From an uncultured bacterium (GTDB lineage: Bacteria > Zixibacteria > MSB-5A5 > UBA10806), in NCBI GenBank assembly GCA_965541585.1, contig CBEUCH010000008.1:1-64000 (forward strand): 64,000 nt of DNA, given 5' to 3'. Numbering within the stretch: the stretch's first letter is position 1; the number at the start of each line of letters is the position of its first letter. Below the pieces are notes generated by a model, which worked only from the letters and a program-made list of their open reading frames with translations, did no database searches and was not told the origin of the DNA. The position numbers were made by a program, and so were the translations under genes. This document shows, piece after piece, positions 9,540 through 19,112 of this stretch.

Positions 9540-9568
9540 CCCTCCGCCTTATTGGTGGAGGGTATTTT
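9540..9568 (+). terminator. Intrinsic terminator
   Basis: CCCTCCGCC-TTATT-GGTGGAGGG followed by TATTTT. Confidence 0.6.
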
Positions 9569-9638
9569 GCTGCAGGACCATTGAAAAGCCGGCCATAATC
9601 GAGTTGTAATAAGAGTAGATAGATAATAGACTGCCTCC

Positions 9639-10562
9639 ATGGCAAAACATAGATATAATCTGGCGCTCGTCCTGGGTGGTGGAGGCGCCAGGGGATTGGC
9701 CCATATTGGAGTTATTCGCTCTTTGCAAAGGGCAGGTATTACGCCCGATCTGATAGTGGGCACGTCAATGGGTGCTGTAATCGGCGGCATGTATGCTCAG
9801 ATAGGGGAAATTGATGAGGTCGAGAGGAAAATTCTATCGTTCATCGACACTTTCGGTGTTAAAGCCAAATGGCTGAATTTTCTGGGGGAATCCGATGATA
9901 AGGACAGGCACGATATGTTTCGCGATATCGCTTATTATATAAAAAAACGATTTGCCGGTTTGAAGACTCTGACCAGAATCTCTCTTGAAGACAAAAAGAT
10001 TCTCTATGATCCTTTAAGCGGTTTCTTTGCTGACGAGCTGATTGAAAACTGCAAAATTCCGTTTGCGGCCGTGGCGCTCGATATCAAAAATGGATCTATG
10101 GAAGTGCTCAATGATGGCTCGATCATAGAATCGGTGTATGCCTCCGCCGCCGTTCAAGGGGTATTTCCTCCTATAGATTATCGTAACATGTTATTGTGCG
10201 ATGGCGGCCCCATCGCGGTTGTTCCAGTGGAGGCGGCCAGGATCCTCGGGGCAAGGCATACCATTGCCGTCGATGTTGCTCCCGACATAAAAGAGAAGGC
10301 CGAATTCGCTTCCGGCTTGGAGATCATCCTCAGAGCCGATAGTATCAGCCAGGATCGCCTTCGTAGAATTGATCAGAGGATGGCCGATGTTGTTATCGCC
10401 CCCCAGGTTCACGATGTCCATTGGGCTAATTTTACCAGAGTTAAATATTGCATCAGGCGGGGCGAATCGGCCGCCGAACAATCACTGAACATGATTAAAG
10501 AGCTGGCCGCTATAAGGCCGTGGTGGAAAAAGCTCAGACTTTTCGGGAAGCGATCCTCTTGA
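9639..10562 (+). CDS. Patatin-like phospholipase (RssA/NTE family)
   Basis: LGGGGARGLAHIGV, GTSMG nucleophile elbow, DGG. Confidence 0.95.
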   Translation: MAKHRYNLALVLGGGGARGLAHIGVIRSLQRAGITPDLIVGTSMGAVIGGMYAQIGEIDEVERKILSFIDTFGVKAKWLNFLGESDDKDRHDMFRDIAYYIKKRFAGLKTLTRISLEDKKILYDPLSGFFADELIENCKIPFAAVALDIKNGSMEVLNDGSIIESVYASAAVQGVFPPIDYRNMLLCDGGPIAVVPVEAARILGARHTIAVDVAPDIKEKAEFASGLEIILRADSISQDRLRRIDQRMADVVIAPQVHDVHWANFTRVKYCIRRGESAAEQSLNMIKELAAIRPWWKKLRLFGKRSS

Positions 10563-11060
10563 AACAGAGATAGAAGTGGTGCAGTCTCTTGTATTCCGCT
10601 CGGCTGTTCGATCTACGTCAAATACGGGGCAGGATAGTCTGTTCTAACGATGTCTCAGCAGGCTGTATGATGATAATCGATCCCGCATCAGGGCGCGGGA
10701 TATTCAACAAGATATAACCACTTCCTGCAATCCGTTAGTATTCCTCTTCGAATTTCTCGTCGAAGTTGTCCTCATTCTCCATGTCGTCGACGCCATGAGT
10801 TTCCTCGGTGTAGGCATCAGCAAAAGCTCAGTTTTCAAAAGCCCGAATTAGCCGAATGGATGAAAAATGCCAACACTTTTTTAGGCTGATTTTGATTTTT
10901 TTTGAGCGGCGTCAATACGCGGATACTAAGACTTTAAAGGATCGGTGATTCATTGCCGGCGGCCCGACTATAGTACGGTCGAGCGCGTAAACCCGGTTAA
11001 GATTTTTCGAGCCTCGCCGAATAAATTAATGTAAGTGACAAGTGAAGAAAGGGTAATAGA

Positions 11061-11510
11061 TTGAAACCGTATGAAGTTGTCCTGAAACTGATTCCCGACG
11101 AGGAAGAGGTATATGATTTAGGCGAGATACGCGGACGCTGCGGAGGCAGAAGGTCCATTCTCGTCCCCACCACCAGGAGGCTAATGGTTTGCGGGATTGG
11201 CTTATTCGGTTTCAAAAAGAAGATAGACGATTATTCCTGGGGAAAATTCGATCATATCAGGATCGACGAGGGTTGGGTCTCTTCCACCCTGGAATTGAAA
11301 TTCCGCAGGAAAGATGGGACCTTGAGGCTGGAAGGAACAGGAAAGGACGATTTCCGCAGACTCTACAAGCGCATACGGGAACGAATCACCAAATACGAGG
11401 ACAAATTCCAGATTTCGTTCAAGATCTGCCGCCAATGCGGTGAGACCGTCAACTATGTAGCAAAAAAATGCCCTCATTGCGGGGGTGAATTCAAACTGCC
11501 GGAACATTAG
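11061..11510 (+). CDS. PH-like domain protein with C-terminal zinc ribbon
   Basis: C-terminal CRQC...CPHCG; N-terminal bPH-like pattern (LV.TTRRL, Y.W..F..I). Confidence 0.7.
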   Translation: MKPYEVVLKLIPDEEEVYDLGEIRGRCGGRRSILVPTTRRLMVCGIGLFGFKKKIDDYSWGKFDHIRIDEGWVSSTLELKFRRKDGTLRLEGTGKDDFRRLYKRIRERITKYEDKFQISFKICRQCGETVNYVAKKCPHCGGEFKLPEH

Positions 11511-11563
11511 CTTCTATCGGTCGGCTTTCGAGCCATGGCCTATAATGACCTCATTAAGGTATA

Positions 11564-11593
11564 AAGAAAGCCTCCGTCTAATGGAGGCTTTCT
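11564..11593. terminator. Bidirectional terminator between convergent genes
   Basis: AGAAAGCCTCC-GTCTAAT-GGAGGCTTTCT. Confidence 0.75.
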
Positions 11594-11651
11594 GCTACTC
11601 GAGGCAGTCCACAGGTGGACGTGCCAGATAACCGATTCAGACTCCGATAGT

Positions 11652-11942
11652 CTATTCAGTTACTGTGACAGTCCTAGAGTATACTGTAATTATGCCTGTA
11701 AAAATGTTTATTATCACATCCAGCGCACTTTGCTCGGTTTCTATGGTATAGTCCGATGCGGTCGTCATCTGGCTGGTATCAACGTCGTTGATGGGAACAA
11801 TTCCCCAGAGGACATACCATTGTCTTTGCTCGATTGTGTTACTGCCCTGGGCGCCCTTCCCGATCGTATGGATATGCGCAGAGCACCCTACCAGGAGTAA
11901 GACCAGGCTGGTCATCAGTAACATTGCCGTAACTCTTTTCAT
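11652..11942 (-). CDS. Bor/Iss-family lipoprotein
   Basis: Lipobox LVGC; QWYVLWGIVP and IFTGII..SRTVTV pattern of the lambda Bor family; RBS GGAGGT. Confidence 0.75.
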   Translation of the reverse strand: MKRVTAMLLMTSLVLLLVGCSAHIHTIGKGAQGSNTIEQRQWYVLWGIVPINDVDTSQMTTASDYTIETEQSALDVIINIFTGIITVYSRTVTVTE

Positions 11943-11963
11943 TCCTTACCTCCTTTTGTTGGT

Positions 11964-12593
11964 CTATTGAAGGCTACCGATAGATGATTCTATGGATTTC
12001 ACATAATCACCATATACAGTACGCGGCGTCGTGTAAATCAATTCTACAGCATCGTTCGATGGTTTCATACATATCAATCGAAACTGAACGTTGGCGCTAT
12101 CGCGGACCAGGATGTTCTTTACATATACTTCCCCATGCCAGAAATCGCCGGACTCTATATTTTGCTTCTCGTCCTCATTGCGCAATGCATGTCGATAATT
12201 TTCCATAAAACCTGCTGTGTCAGATTGTAAATTGAGACCGGCAATGCGGGAGATCATCAGGCTGGCCCTCGTTTCTTCACTCAGCCAGATTTCAAGAAGC
12301 GTTATTTTACTGCTATCCTTCAGCGAGTCTGAGAGAATTTTCCTGAAGTCTGCCATTAACGATTCAGGCAAGGCGGTGAGATCTTTCGGAGGACGGACCT
12401 GCCACCCCGAACTACCCAGCTCGATCGCCGGCGCCAGAAGAGAGTCGACAACATTGAAATACATATCGTTTAGCCGTTTTTCCGACCGATTGTTGCTACA
12501 TGCGAGAATAAAGTGAAAAACCAGAACGATCATGATTGAGGCGAGGGCAAGTTTCTGGACATATCCCGGAAGCTTCTGACATTTGCAAACCAT
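11964..12593 (-). CDS. Hypothetical lipoprotein (start uncertain, 12533-12593)
   Basis: Hydrophobic stretch ending ILAC; the upstream extension of the tracked ORF overlaps pncB and is not credible. Confidence 0.6.
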   Translation of the reverse strand: MVCKCQKLPGYVQKLALASIMIVLVFHFILACSNNRSEKRLNDMYFNVVDSLLAPAIELGSSGWQVRPPKDLTALPESLMADFRKILSDSLKDSSKITLLEIWLSEETRASLMISRIAGLNLQSDTAGFMENYRHALRNEDEKQNIESGDFWHGEVYVKNILVRDSANVQFRLICMKPSNDAVELIYTTPRTVYGDYVKSIESSIGSLQ

Positions 12594-12691
12594 AATCCTG
12601 ACATTTATTGCGTATTTATCCATACATGTCAATAGATTTGTCGGCTGCATAGCAATTGACAGCAATTTTAATAGCAGATATAATTCCTGCG

Positions 12692-13915
12692 ATGAAAAAA
12701 CGTCTTGATCCATCGGTTTTCGATCTACCGGTACAGGAGATAAGGCGGGGATATCGCTCGGCGGTTTATTTCTGGAGGGCCAAGCGTATACTCGAAAAGG
12801 ACAACAAACATTCTTTAATAACTCATCAGATATTCCAGAAGAAAGATAACATCGTAATATGCGGGACGGATGAGGCAGTTGCAATTCTCAAATGCGCTAC
12901 CGGATATTACTCCGACTATGAAAAAGCATACAAGCTGTTCGATAGGTATATTGAGCTAAAACAGCTAATCCGGAGAGTTCATTTCAAGCGAGATTATAAT
13001 TCTTATCTGAATATGACCACCGAGAGGATGGATATCTCGCGAGAACTAGATGATCTCTGGGTAGACAAGTTTGAGGAGATCGAACTCCGTTCCCTTTACG
13101 ACAGTGATCGGCTGTCCGCCTGGGAGACTGCTATGCTTATAGAGGGAGATTATTCTTTATTCGCTCATCTGGAGTCGCTGTATCTGGGCGTGCTGGCACG
13201 CCGCACGAAAATTGCCACCAACACTCATGACGTGGTGCAGGCGGCGGGCGGCAAGCAGGTGGTTTTCTTCGCCGACCGTTTTGATCACTTCGCCGCGCAG
13301 GGGGGCGACGGTTACGCCTCCTATATAGGGGGAGCACGTGGGGTTGCAACCGACGCCATGGCGGCCTGGTATGGAGAGAGAGGACTGGGAACCATCCCGC
13401 ACGCCCTCATGGTCGCCTATGGCGGCGATACGGCGCTGGCCACGGAGAAATTTGATCAATATATACCCGGAGTGAATACTATCGCCCTGGTCGATTTCGA
13501 TAACGACTGCGTGAATACCTCCCTGAAGACGGCGGAACTCCTGGGGGATAAATTATGGGGTGTACGACTCGATACGGCCGAACGGCTAATCGATAAATCG
13601 CTCCGGGACGATACGGATCTGCCAAACCATGAAAAACTCGGGGTAGCTCCGCGGCTGGTCGAGAAAGTCCGGGTAGCGCTCGATTCCGGGGGATTTGGCC
13701 ATGTCAAAATAATCGTATCCGGCGGCTTCAATCCCGACCGCATAGCCTGTTTCGAGAAACTGGAGGTGCCGGTGGATATATATGCGGTGGGAAGCTGGAT
13801 TTTATCCGGCAGATTCGATTACACCGCCGATGCGGTCCGCCTCGATAAGAAACCGCTGGCCAAAGTGGGGCGAGAATATAAGCCGAATCCGAGGCTGGAG
13901 AGCGTGGAAGATTAA
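12692..13915 (+). CDS. pncB: Nicotinate phosphoribosyltransferase
   Basis: GYRSAVYF, FADRFDH, GTIPHAL, LVDFDND, GVRLDT, IIVSGGF, YAVGS, AKVGR; pncA nearby. Confidence 0.88.
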   Translation: MKKRLDPSVFDLPVQEIRRGYRSAVYFWRAKRILEKDNKHSLITHQIFQKKDNIVICGTDEAVAILKCATGYYSDYEKAYKLFDRYIELKQLIRRVHFKRDYNSYLNMTTERMDISRELDDLWVDKFEEIELRSLYDSDRLSAWETAMLIEGDYSLFAHLESLYLGVLARRTKIATNTHDVVQAAGGKQVVFFADRFDHFAAQGGDGYASYIGGARGVATDAMAAWYGERGLGTIPHALMVAYGGDTALATEKFDQYIPGVNTIALVDFDNDCVNTSLKTAELLGDKLWGVRLDTAERLIDKSLRDDTDLPNHEKLGVAPRLVEKVRVALDSGGFGHVKIIVSGGFNPDRIACFEKLEVPVDIYAVGSWILSGRFDYTADAVRLDKKPLAKVGREYKPNPRLESVED

Positions 13916-14054
13916 CAGTTGAATCTCTTCTCAAACCTCATTCACTTGTTGTTACAGAATCGTGGTTCAAATCCCCTCTGGATTTGACAATTGAACAGTC
14001 AGGGCCACAGGGGCCATGTCCTACCCGTATGAGGGATATATAGTTAGCATTCGG

Positions 14055-14081
14055 CGAAACAAAATCTTCTGTAATTCCGTT
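14055..14081 (+). promoter_or_regulatory. Putative ECF-sigma promoter
   Basis: CGAAAC-N17-CGTT; same geometry at 8419-8445. Confidence 0.45.
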
Positions 14082-14161
14082 GTAGTATTGTAGATTGGAA
14101 TCTTGAAGGAGAATGAGAGCGGTCAATTGAAAGATTCAAATATTATGGAAAGGACAAGATC

Positions 14162-15340
14162 ATGAAGAAAACCGCGGCATTATTTACGCTTCTGGTGTTC
14201 GCTGCCGGCCCGGCGGCCAGGGCCGTGGAGGATGCGGGTTCGTTCGCCGAGGCCAAATCGATGGCGGCTGAATTGAACAGGCCGCTTCTGGTCGATTTCT
14301 TCACCGACTGGTGAGGCTCCTGCAAGAGGTTCGCTCGTGCAGCGGACTCAGATGATGATGTCAAGACAGCCCTGGAAGCCGTATTTCTCTACCAGATCGA
14401 TGCCGAAAAGGGCGAGGGCGTGGATCTGGCCAAGGAATTCAAGGTCAAAGGATACCCGACGTTTGTCATGGTTAACGGGGCGGGTGAAACGCTTGATCGC
14501 TGGATAGGCTACGAGAAGAATTTTTTCATCAAAACCATGGATAAAGCTTTGAAAGATCTCTCCACAATCGAGGATAAGCTGGCCTCCTACGAGAAAAAGC
14601 CAACCGCCGGAACAGCTGATGCCCTGGGCCGTTATAGTTCATCGCTGAAGGAATACGTAAACGCGGTCAATTATTACAGCACAGCCCAGAAGATCAAAGA
14701 CAAGCCATCTGACGATTATACTTATGAAATTTTCCAAAACACCTCCTACGGAGTAAAAGGCGAGCATTATACTTTTGAGGATATGCTGGCGGCTGCCGAA
14801 AACGTTGTTAATTCGCAGACCGCGGAGCCGGAGGAGGTGGTCAGTACGGCCATCTCGGTGACCAAGAGGGCGAAGAAGAATGATCGGCTCGATCTCATGG
14901 AATCCTATATAGAGACCGGCCTGAAGATAACATCGCAGGCGGATGATCCCGACTCGAAGGATGCTCACAATGAACTGATGGTTGAAAAATCGCTTCATAT
15001 CACTGGTGATAAAGCGGCCGCCGCTAAATATAAGATGGCCACCATGCCCGACGGCTGGCTTGAGGATGCCGGGAAGCTCAATAGTTTCTGCTGGTGGTGC
15101 TTTGAGAATACTGTTAACCTTGAGGATGCGGAAAAGCTGTCTCGCAAATCGGTGGAGCTGGCTAAAGCGGGCAAACGAAAGGCGATGAATCTCGATACCT
15201 TAGCGGAGATCTGCAACGCTCTTGATAATTGCCATGAGGCGGTGGATCTGATCAGGATGGCTATGGCGGAGGATCCTGAAAGCAAATATTATCCTAAACA
15301 ACTCGAGAGGTTTGAGAAGATACTGGCATCGCAAAATTAG
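14162..15340 (+). CDS. Exported thioredoxin-fold probable selenoprotein (WUGSC) with TPR-like C-terminus, 392 aa
   Basis: RBS AAGGA + ATG 14162; signal peptide; RPLLVDFFTDW-TGA(14312-14314)-GSCK in frame with ORF 14420..15340 (cis-Pro GYPT). Confidence 0.88.
14312..14350 (+). promoter_or_regulatory. Bacterial SECIS-like hairpin
   Basis: CTGCA-a-GAG-[GTTCG]-CTC-g-TGCAG (14320-14342); lower stem TGAG/CTCA; apical loop starts with G, 14 nt after the TGA. Confidence 0.7.
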
Positions 15341-15361
15341 AGCCGCTCAAGGTTTTTTTAT

Positions 15362-15396
15362 AAAGGCCCCCCACGTTTATGAGGGGCTTTTATTTT
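15362..15396 (+). terminator. Intrinsic terminator
   Basis: AAAGGCCCC...GGGGCTTTT followed by ATTTT. Confidence 0.65.
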
Positions 15397-15455
15397 GCAG
15401 GATTATCGGAATTTGAAGTTGCATCTATCGATCTCCGGAAATAGATTCAGCTGAG

Positions 15456-16031
15456 ATGGATAGAAGAGTGATTATAGACAGGGAACAAGACGCACTGGTT
15501 ATAGTCGATTTGCAGAACGACTTCTGCCCCGGGGGCGCCCTGGCTGTAAGGGATGGCGATAAAATTGTGCCATTAGTTAATGCCATGATCCCCAAATTTG
15601 AATACGTATTCACTACCCAGGACTGGCATCCCCCCGATCATATTTCCTTCGAAGCTCAGGGGGGAACCTGGCCACCACATTGTGTGGTGGGAACACCAGG
15701 TGCAGATCTTCATCCTGATCTATTGGTCGAAAGCGCCATTCAAATTCGCAAGGGTGGGGAATCCGATAAAGAGACTTATTCCGGATTCGAGGGTACTGAT
15801 CTCGAGGATCAGTTGAAAGATCGGGGGGTCGAACGCATCTTCGTCTGCGGTTTGGCAACTGATTACTGTGTCAAGGCTACAGTCCTCGATGGCATCAGAA
15901 GCGGTTTCAAGGTGATGGTCATTGCCGATGCCATCAAGGGTGTCGAGGTAAAACCCGGAGATTCAAGCGTCGCCATAGAGAATATGAAAGGTGCCGGAGC
16001 GACGATAATCGACTCTGGGTCACTCTCCTGA
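15456..16031 (+). CDS. pncA: Nicotinamidase/pyrazinamidase
   Basis: VDLQNDFCPGGAL, TQDWHP..H.SF, WPPHCV, YSGF, GLATDYCV. Confidence 0.96.
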   Translation: MDRRVIIDREQDALVIVDLQNDFCPGGALAVRDGDKIVPLVNAMIPKFEYVFTTQDWHPPDHISFEAQGGTWPPHCVVGTPGADLHPDLLVESAIQIRKGGESDKETYSGFEGTDLEDQLKDRGVERIFVCGLATDYCVKATVLDGIRSGFKVMVIADAIKGVEVKPGDSSVAIENMKGAGATIIDSGSLS

Positions 16032-16247
16032 TCCGCCGGCGCGCGATTCCCTTTTTAATATAGCGACAAGCCTGTTCACAAGCTCCTGCCGGATATCGGT
16101 TAAGGCCGCAAAAACAGGCATCCCGAACAGCAAAGATCCCCGGACTATATCCGAGATAGACATCCCGTATCGTCGTGAAAGGGTCTCGAGTTCCCCTCTG
16201 AGATCGGGTGAAAGCCTGAGCTGAATATGGCGCACATCATCGTTCAT
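16020..16247 (-). CDS. Small ribbon-helix-helix (CopG-like) protein
   Basis: HIQLRLS.DL...LE.LS...GMSISDIVR; overlaps the upstream gene's end. Confidence 0.65.
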   Translation of the reverse strand: MNDDVRHIQLRLSPDLRGELETLSRRYGMSISDIVRGSLLFGMPVFAALTDIRQELVNRLVAILKRESRAGGSGE

Positions 16248-16734
16248 CCTGCATCCTCCCGGTTATGTTGCGGTTTATATGTTTGATATGGGCTTTTAAT
16301 ATCTGCGGCGGGTAGATCCGATCCCCCACCTCTGTCTCAATTTTGCTGCAGATTCCACTCCAGGAATCGCCATCTTTTTTGTTTTGCAAAATCGAATTAA
16401 TTTTTTCTTTTTGTGGATGCGTGCATATTTTGCAGACTCCTTTGATTTGCAATCCCCATCTTTTTCTGACGAATTCGGCCAGCATCATTTTCAACTGCCG
16501 TTTAGCCTCGTAGATTAATTTGACGACCTCATTTTCAGGGATTTTGTTCCTTTCGGCGATTTGCGGCACGGTTAGCCCCTCGAAATACTTTTCATGAACG
16601 ATCTGCCCCAGGTCAGAATCGAGGCCTTCTAATGCGTCATCTACCGCCTCCACGAGTTCCGGATCGGGTGGTTGAGATGCAGATGCCTTTAGATGCTGAA
16701 TGATCTCCGGATCGAGATAGATTATTCTGTGCAT
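16237..16734 (-). CDS. Sigma70 region-4-like HTH protein with CxxC/His zinc-site-like C-domain
   Basis: VDDALEGL......IVHEKYFEGLT..QIA; CKICTHP...LKAHIKH; RBS GGGAGG. Confidence 0.65.
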   Translation of the reverse strand: MHRIIYLDPEIIQHLKASASQPPDPELVEAVDDALEGLDSDLGQIVHEKYFEGLTVPQIAERNKIPENEVVKLIYEAKRQLKMMLAEFVRKRWGLQIKGVCKICTHPQKEKINSILQNKKDGDSWSGICSKIETEVGDRIYPPQILKAHIKHINRNITGRMQDER

Positions 16735-16986
16735 TTGGCCCTCCCTTTTTTGACGGCAAAATGGTGGATTTCAGCGTAGCACAGGTATCACTTATCGTTC
16801 ACCTGACTTTCACCCGGTGATTTTTATGAATGTCTGTGCCGGAGCGATACCTGTGGTCGGTAGTCAGCCGGGGGAATATTATCACCTCAGAATTGGCGAA
16901 AGCGCTTGATTATAAATAGATTATAGCTCGTGGCAGTGAAACAGCCTGTATGACATGATCTACATGATGTCTAACCGAAATTTCCC

Positions 16987-17015
16987 TTGACGAGCAAAAT
17001 GGAAATTTGTATCTT
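16987..17015 (+). promoter_or_regulatory. Putative sigma70 promoter of the cold-shock gene (long 5' leader)
   Basis: TTGACG-N17-TATCTT, about 130 nt upstream of the start. Confidence 0.5.
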
Positions 17016-17145
17016 TGACTATACGCTCGGACTGAAGGCTTTGCGCGAGCTTGATGCGCACCTGAGCAGCTCCCAGAAAATTTGAGAATAGGTTTGATTA
17101 AAAAAACAATTTAAATCTTCATTCATTGCCGCAGGAGGTACTCCA

Positions 17146-17373
17146 TTGCTGACTATAGGTAGGGTTAAATGGTTCAACACGAAGAAAGGCTATGGATTCA
17201 TCACCAGGGACGATAACGATGAAGATATCTTCGTGCATTATACTTCGATAAGCGGAGACGGGTACAGGGCGTTGGAGAAAGGTGAGGATGTTCAGTTTGA
17301 GTTGGTGGAAGGCCCCAAAGGGCTGCAGGCGCAAAATGTCTCGAAAGTACAGCAGGAGGCGGGCACTATTTAG
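17146..17373 (+). CDS. Cold-shock protein (CspA family)
   Basis: GRVKWFN.KKGYGFI (RNP1), DIFVHY (RNP2), GPKGLQA.NV; RBS GGAGGT. Confidence 0.97.
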   Translation: MLTIGRVKWFNTKKGYGFITRDDNDEDIFVHYTSISGDGYRALEKGEDVQFELVEGPKGLQAQNVSKVQQEAGTI

Positions 17374-17536
17374 CCAACTGGAGAGTCGAAGGCAGTATCA
17401 GGAGAATTGCAGATACAGGCTAATAGAGACAATTTAGTACCCTTTTATATTCTACTCGATAGCAACTTAGAAGATTATTAAGAGCCGCGTAAGGTGGCTA
17501 TTCTCATACATATTTAACGGGATTATGCGGGATTCC

Positions 17537-18802
17537 TTAACCGGGCCTGTCAGGCCTTTCGCCTATAGCGATCTCCCGCCTGCCGATCCTGCTCTTACTC
17601 TTGAAAAACATCCAGGCAGCAGTAGTTGACGTCAGATAAAAGCCCACCGTGGTCAACATCACCAGTGTGAAGCCGGATTTTTCTATCATAATGCCGCCTA
17701 AGTTGGCGGAGACCATCCAGGAGGCATTCCAGGCCAGCGACAGGAGCGAGTTGGTTCCAGCTTGGTCCTTCTCCGGCACCAGTTCCATGGCGAAATTATT
17801 ATACATCGGCCAGGCCATATTCATCAGGCTGCCTCTGAATAGAAAGGCGATGATTGAAAGGTAAAGATTGTGCGAGAAAGCGAGGATCAAAAAGAACGGG
17901 ATAGATAAAAATTGCGTTATGACCACTGTTTTTATAAGCCCGACTCTTTTTGCCAGAGCCGGCCCGATCAGAAAGCCTGTGGCGGTGAATAGCGACCCGA
18001 TTGAGAATATACGCCCGATGACGTCCGATTCCAGCTCGAATCGTTGCAGAAAATATAGATTGAGAAACGGTATCACCAGGCCCGCTCCCATTCCGATTAT
18101 GAAATGCGGCACCATGAGCCTGGCGACTGTTTTCCAATCGCGGGCGCCGACATATTCCCGGAGCCTGAAAGGTCCTGACCGGGCAGGTTTTTTAGACCTG
18201 ATGGTCAGGTAAGCGAAAAGCGCCATGGCCGTTAATGTCGCCGCGCCTACCAGCGTGTAGCGATAGCCATAGAGAAGGGCCACGCCCCGCTCCGCAAGAT
18301 AAATGGGCACGAATCCACCCACGACGGAGCCGATGAAGCCGGCCAGTGTGCTCAGCGCCATATTGACGCCGAAAAGATAGGGCCGTTCCTCGGGATTGGA
18401 ATTACGCATGAAGAAGGGAGAGGCGGCTATGAAATGCACCGTCCACATGGCGCCGGAGATCATCGACATGGCTCTCAAGCTCCAGATGGTTGTCGACATG
18501 GCTTGCATCATGAGGGCGGAGCCGTTAATCGCGGCCGCTATCATAAGCAGATGCTTTATCCGGAACCTGTCGATAAGAATGGCCGCCGGTACGGCGATCA
18601 GCACAGTGCCCACCGACGAGGCCGAGATGATGCTCCCGATTCTGCCCTCCTCGAAGCCCACTTGTTTGAGATAGAGGTTTAGCAGAAGCCAGAAAACCGA
18701 AAACCCGAACCCCATGAAAAACGACCCCACAAGAAATTTGCGGGCATTGGGGGAGAAGAGTTTTACGTGATGGAGGTAGTCTTTGATTTGCGCCCAGATC
18801 AT
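17537..18802 (-). CDS. MFS transporter
   Basis: About 12 hydrophobic segments; A.LIDRF and GP.LAKRVG motif-A-like repeats; likely start MIWAQ at 18802. Confidence 0.9.
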   Translation of the reverse strand: MIWAQIKDYLHHVKLFSPNARKFLVGSFFMGFGFSVFWLLLNLYLKQVGFEEGRIGSIISASSVGTVLIAVPAAILIDRFRIKHLLMIAAAINGSALMMQAMSTTIWSLRAMSMISGAMWTVHFIAASPFFMRNSNPEERPYLFGVNMALSTLAGFIGSVVGGFVPIYLAERGVALLYGYRYTLVGAATLTAMALFAYLTIRSKKPARSGPFRLREYVGARDWKTVARLMVPHFIIGMGAGLVIPFLNLYFLQRFELESDVIGRIFSIGSLFTATGFLIGPALAKRVGLIKTVVITQFLSIPFFLILAFSHNLYLSIIAFLFRGSLMNMAWPMYNNFAMELVPEKDQAGTNSLLSLAWNASWMVSANLGGIMIEKSGFTLVMLTTVGFYLTSTTAAWMFFKSKSRIGRREIAIGERPDRPG

Positions 18803-19112
18803 TGTTAGCTCAACAAGTTCCGGGTAATATAGCCTTTTCCTGGTGAAAAAGAAGAGGAACTGTACCGGGAGAGGCTTGAATTTGATTGACCGGATCGATA
18901 GGATCAATTATATTATATCTATAATCAAGGGAGATGTGTGTACAAACGATACAATATGGCCTCGGTCCTATCAGCGGTGGTTGCCATCGTAATTTCTGCC
19001 CATAATACGGTACCTGCTCAAATATCTTATTCAAACAGCCCGCCGGAGCCTCGCTATTCTATTACCATAGGCGGTGGCTGGGGGAATTATGATATGAAAC
19101 GAATCAGCGGCT
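18729..19112 (+). repeat. 384-bp direct duplication, copy 1 (copy 2 at 20601-20984)
   Basis: Colinear near-identical sequence at constant offset 1872; covers MFS 5' end, intergenic DNA and OMP N-terminus. Confidence 0.95.

Noticed and set aside
11652..11942. Prophage suggested by Bor-like, ORF6N, XRE and HNH genes
   Set aside because: The genes are scattered among host genes; no integrase, terminase or structural genes.
14312..14314. Genome-wide UGA reassignment (code 4 or 25)
   Set aside because: Many conserved genes (trpS, scpA, cmk, rpsA, msbA) end at TGA at the expected length.
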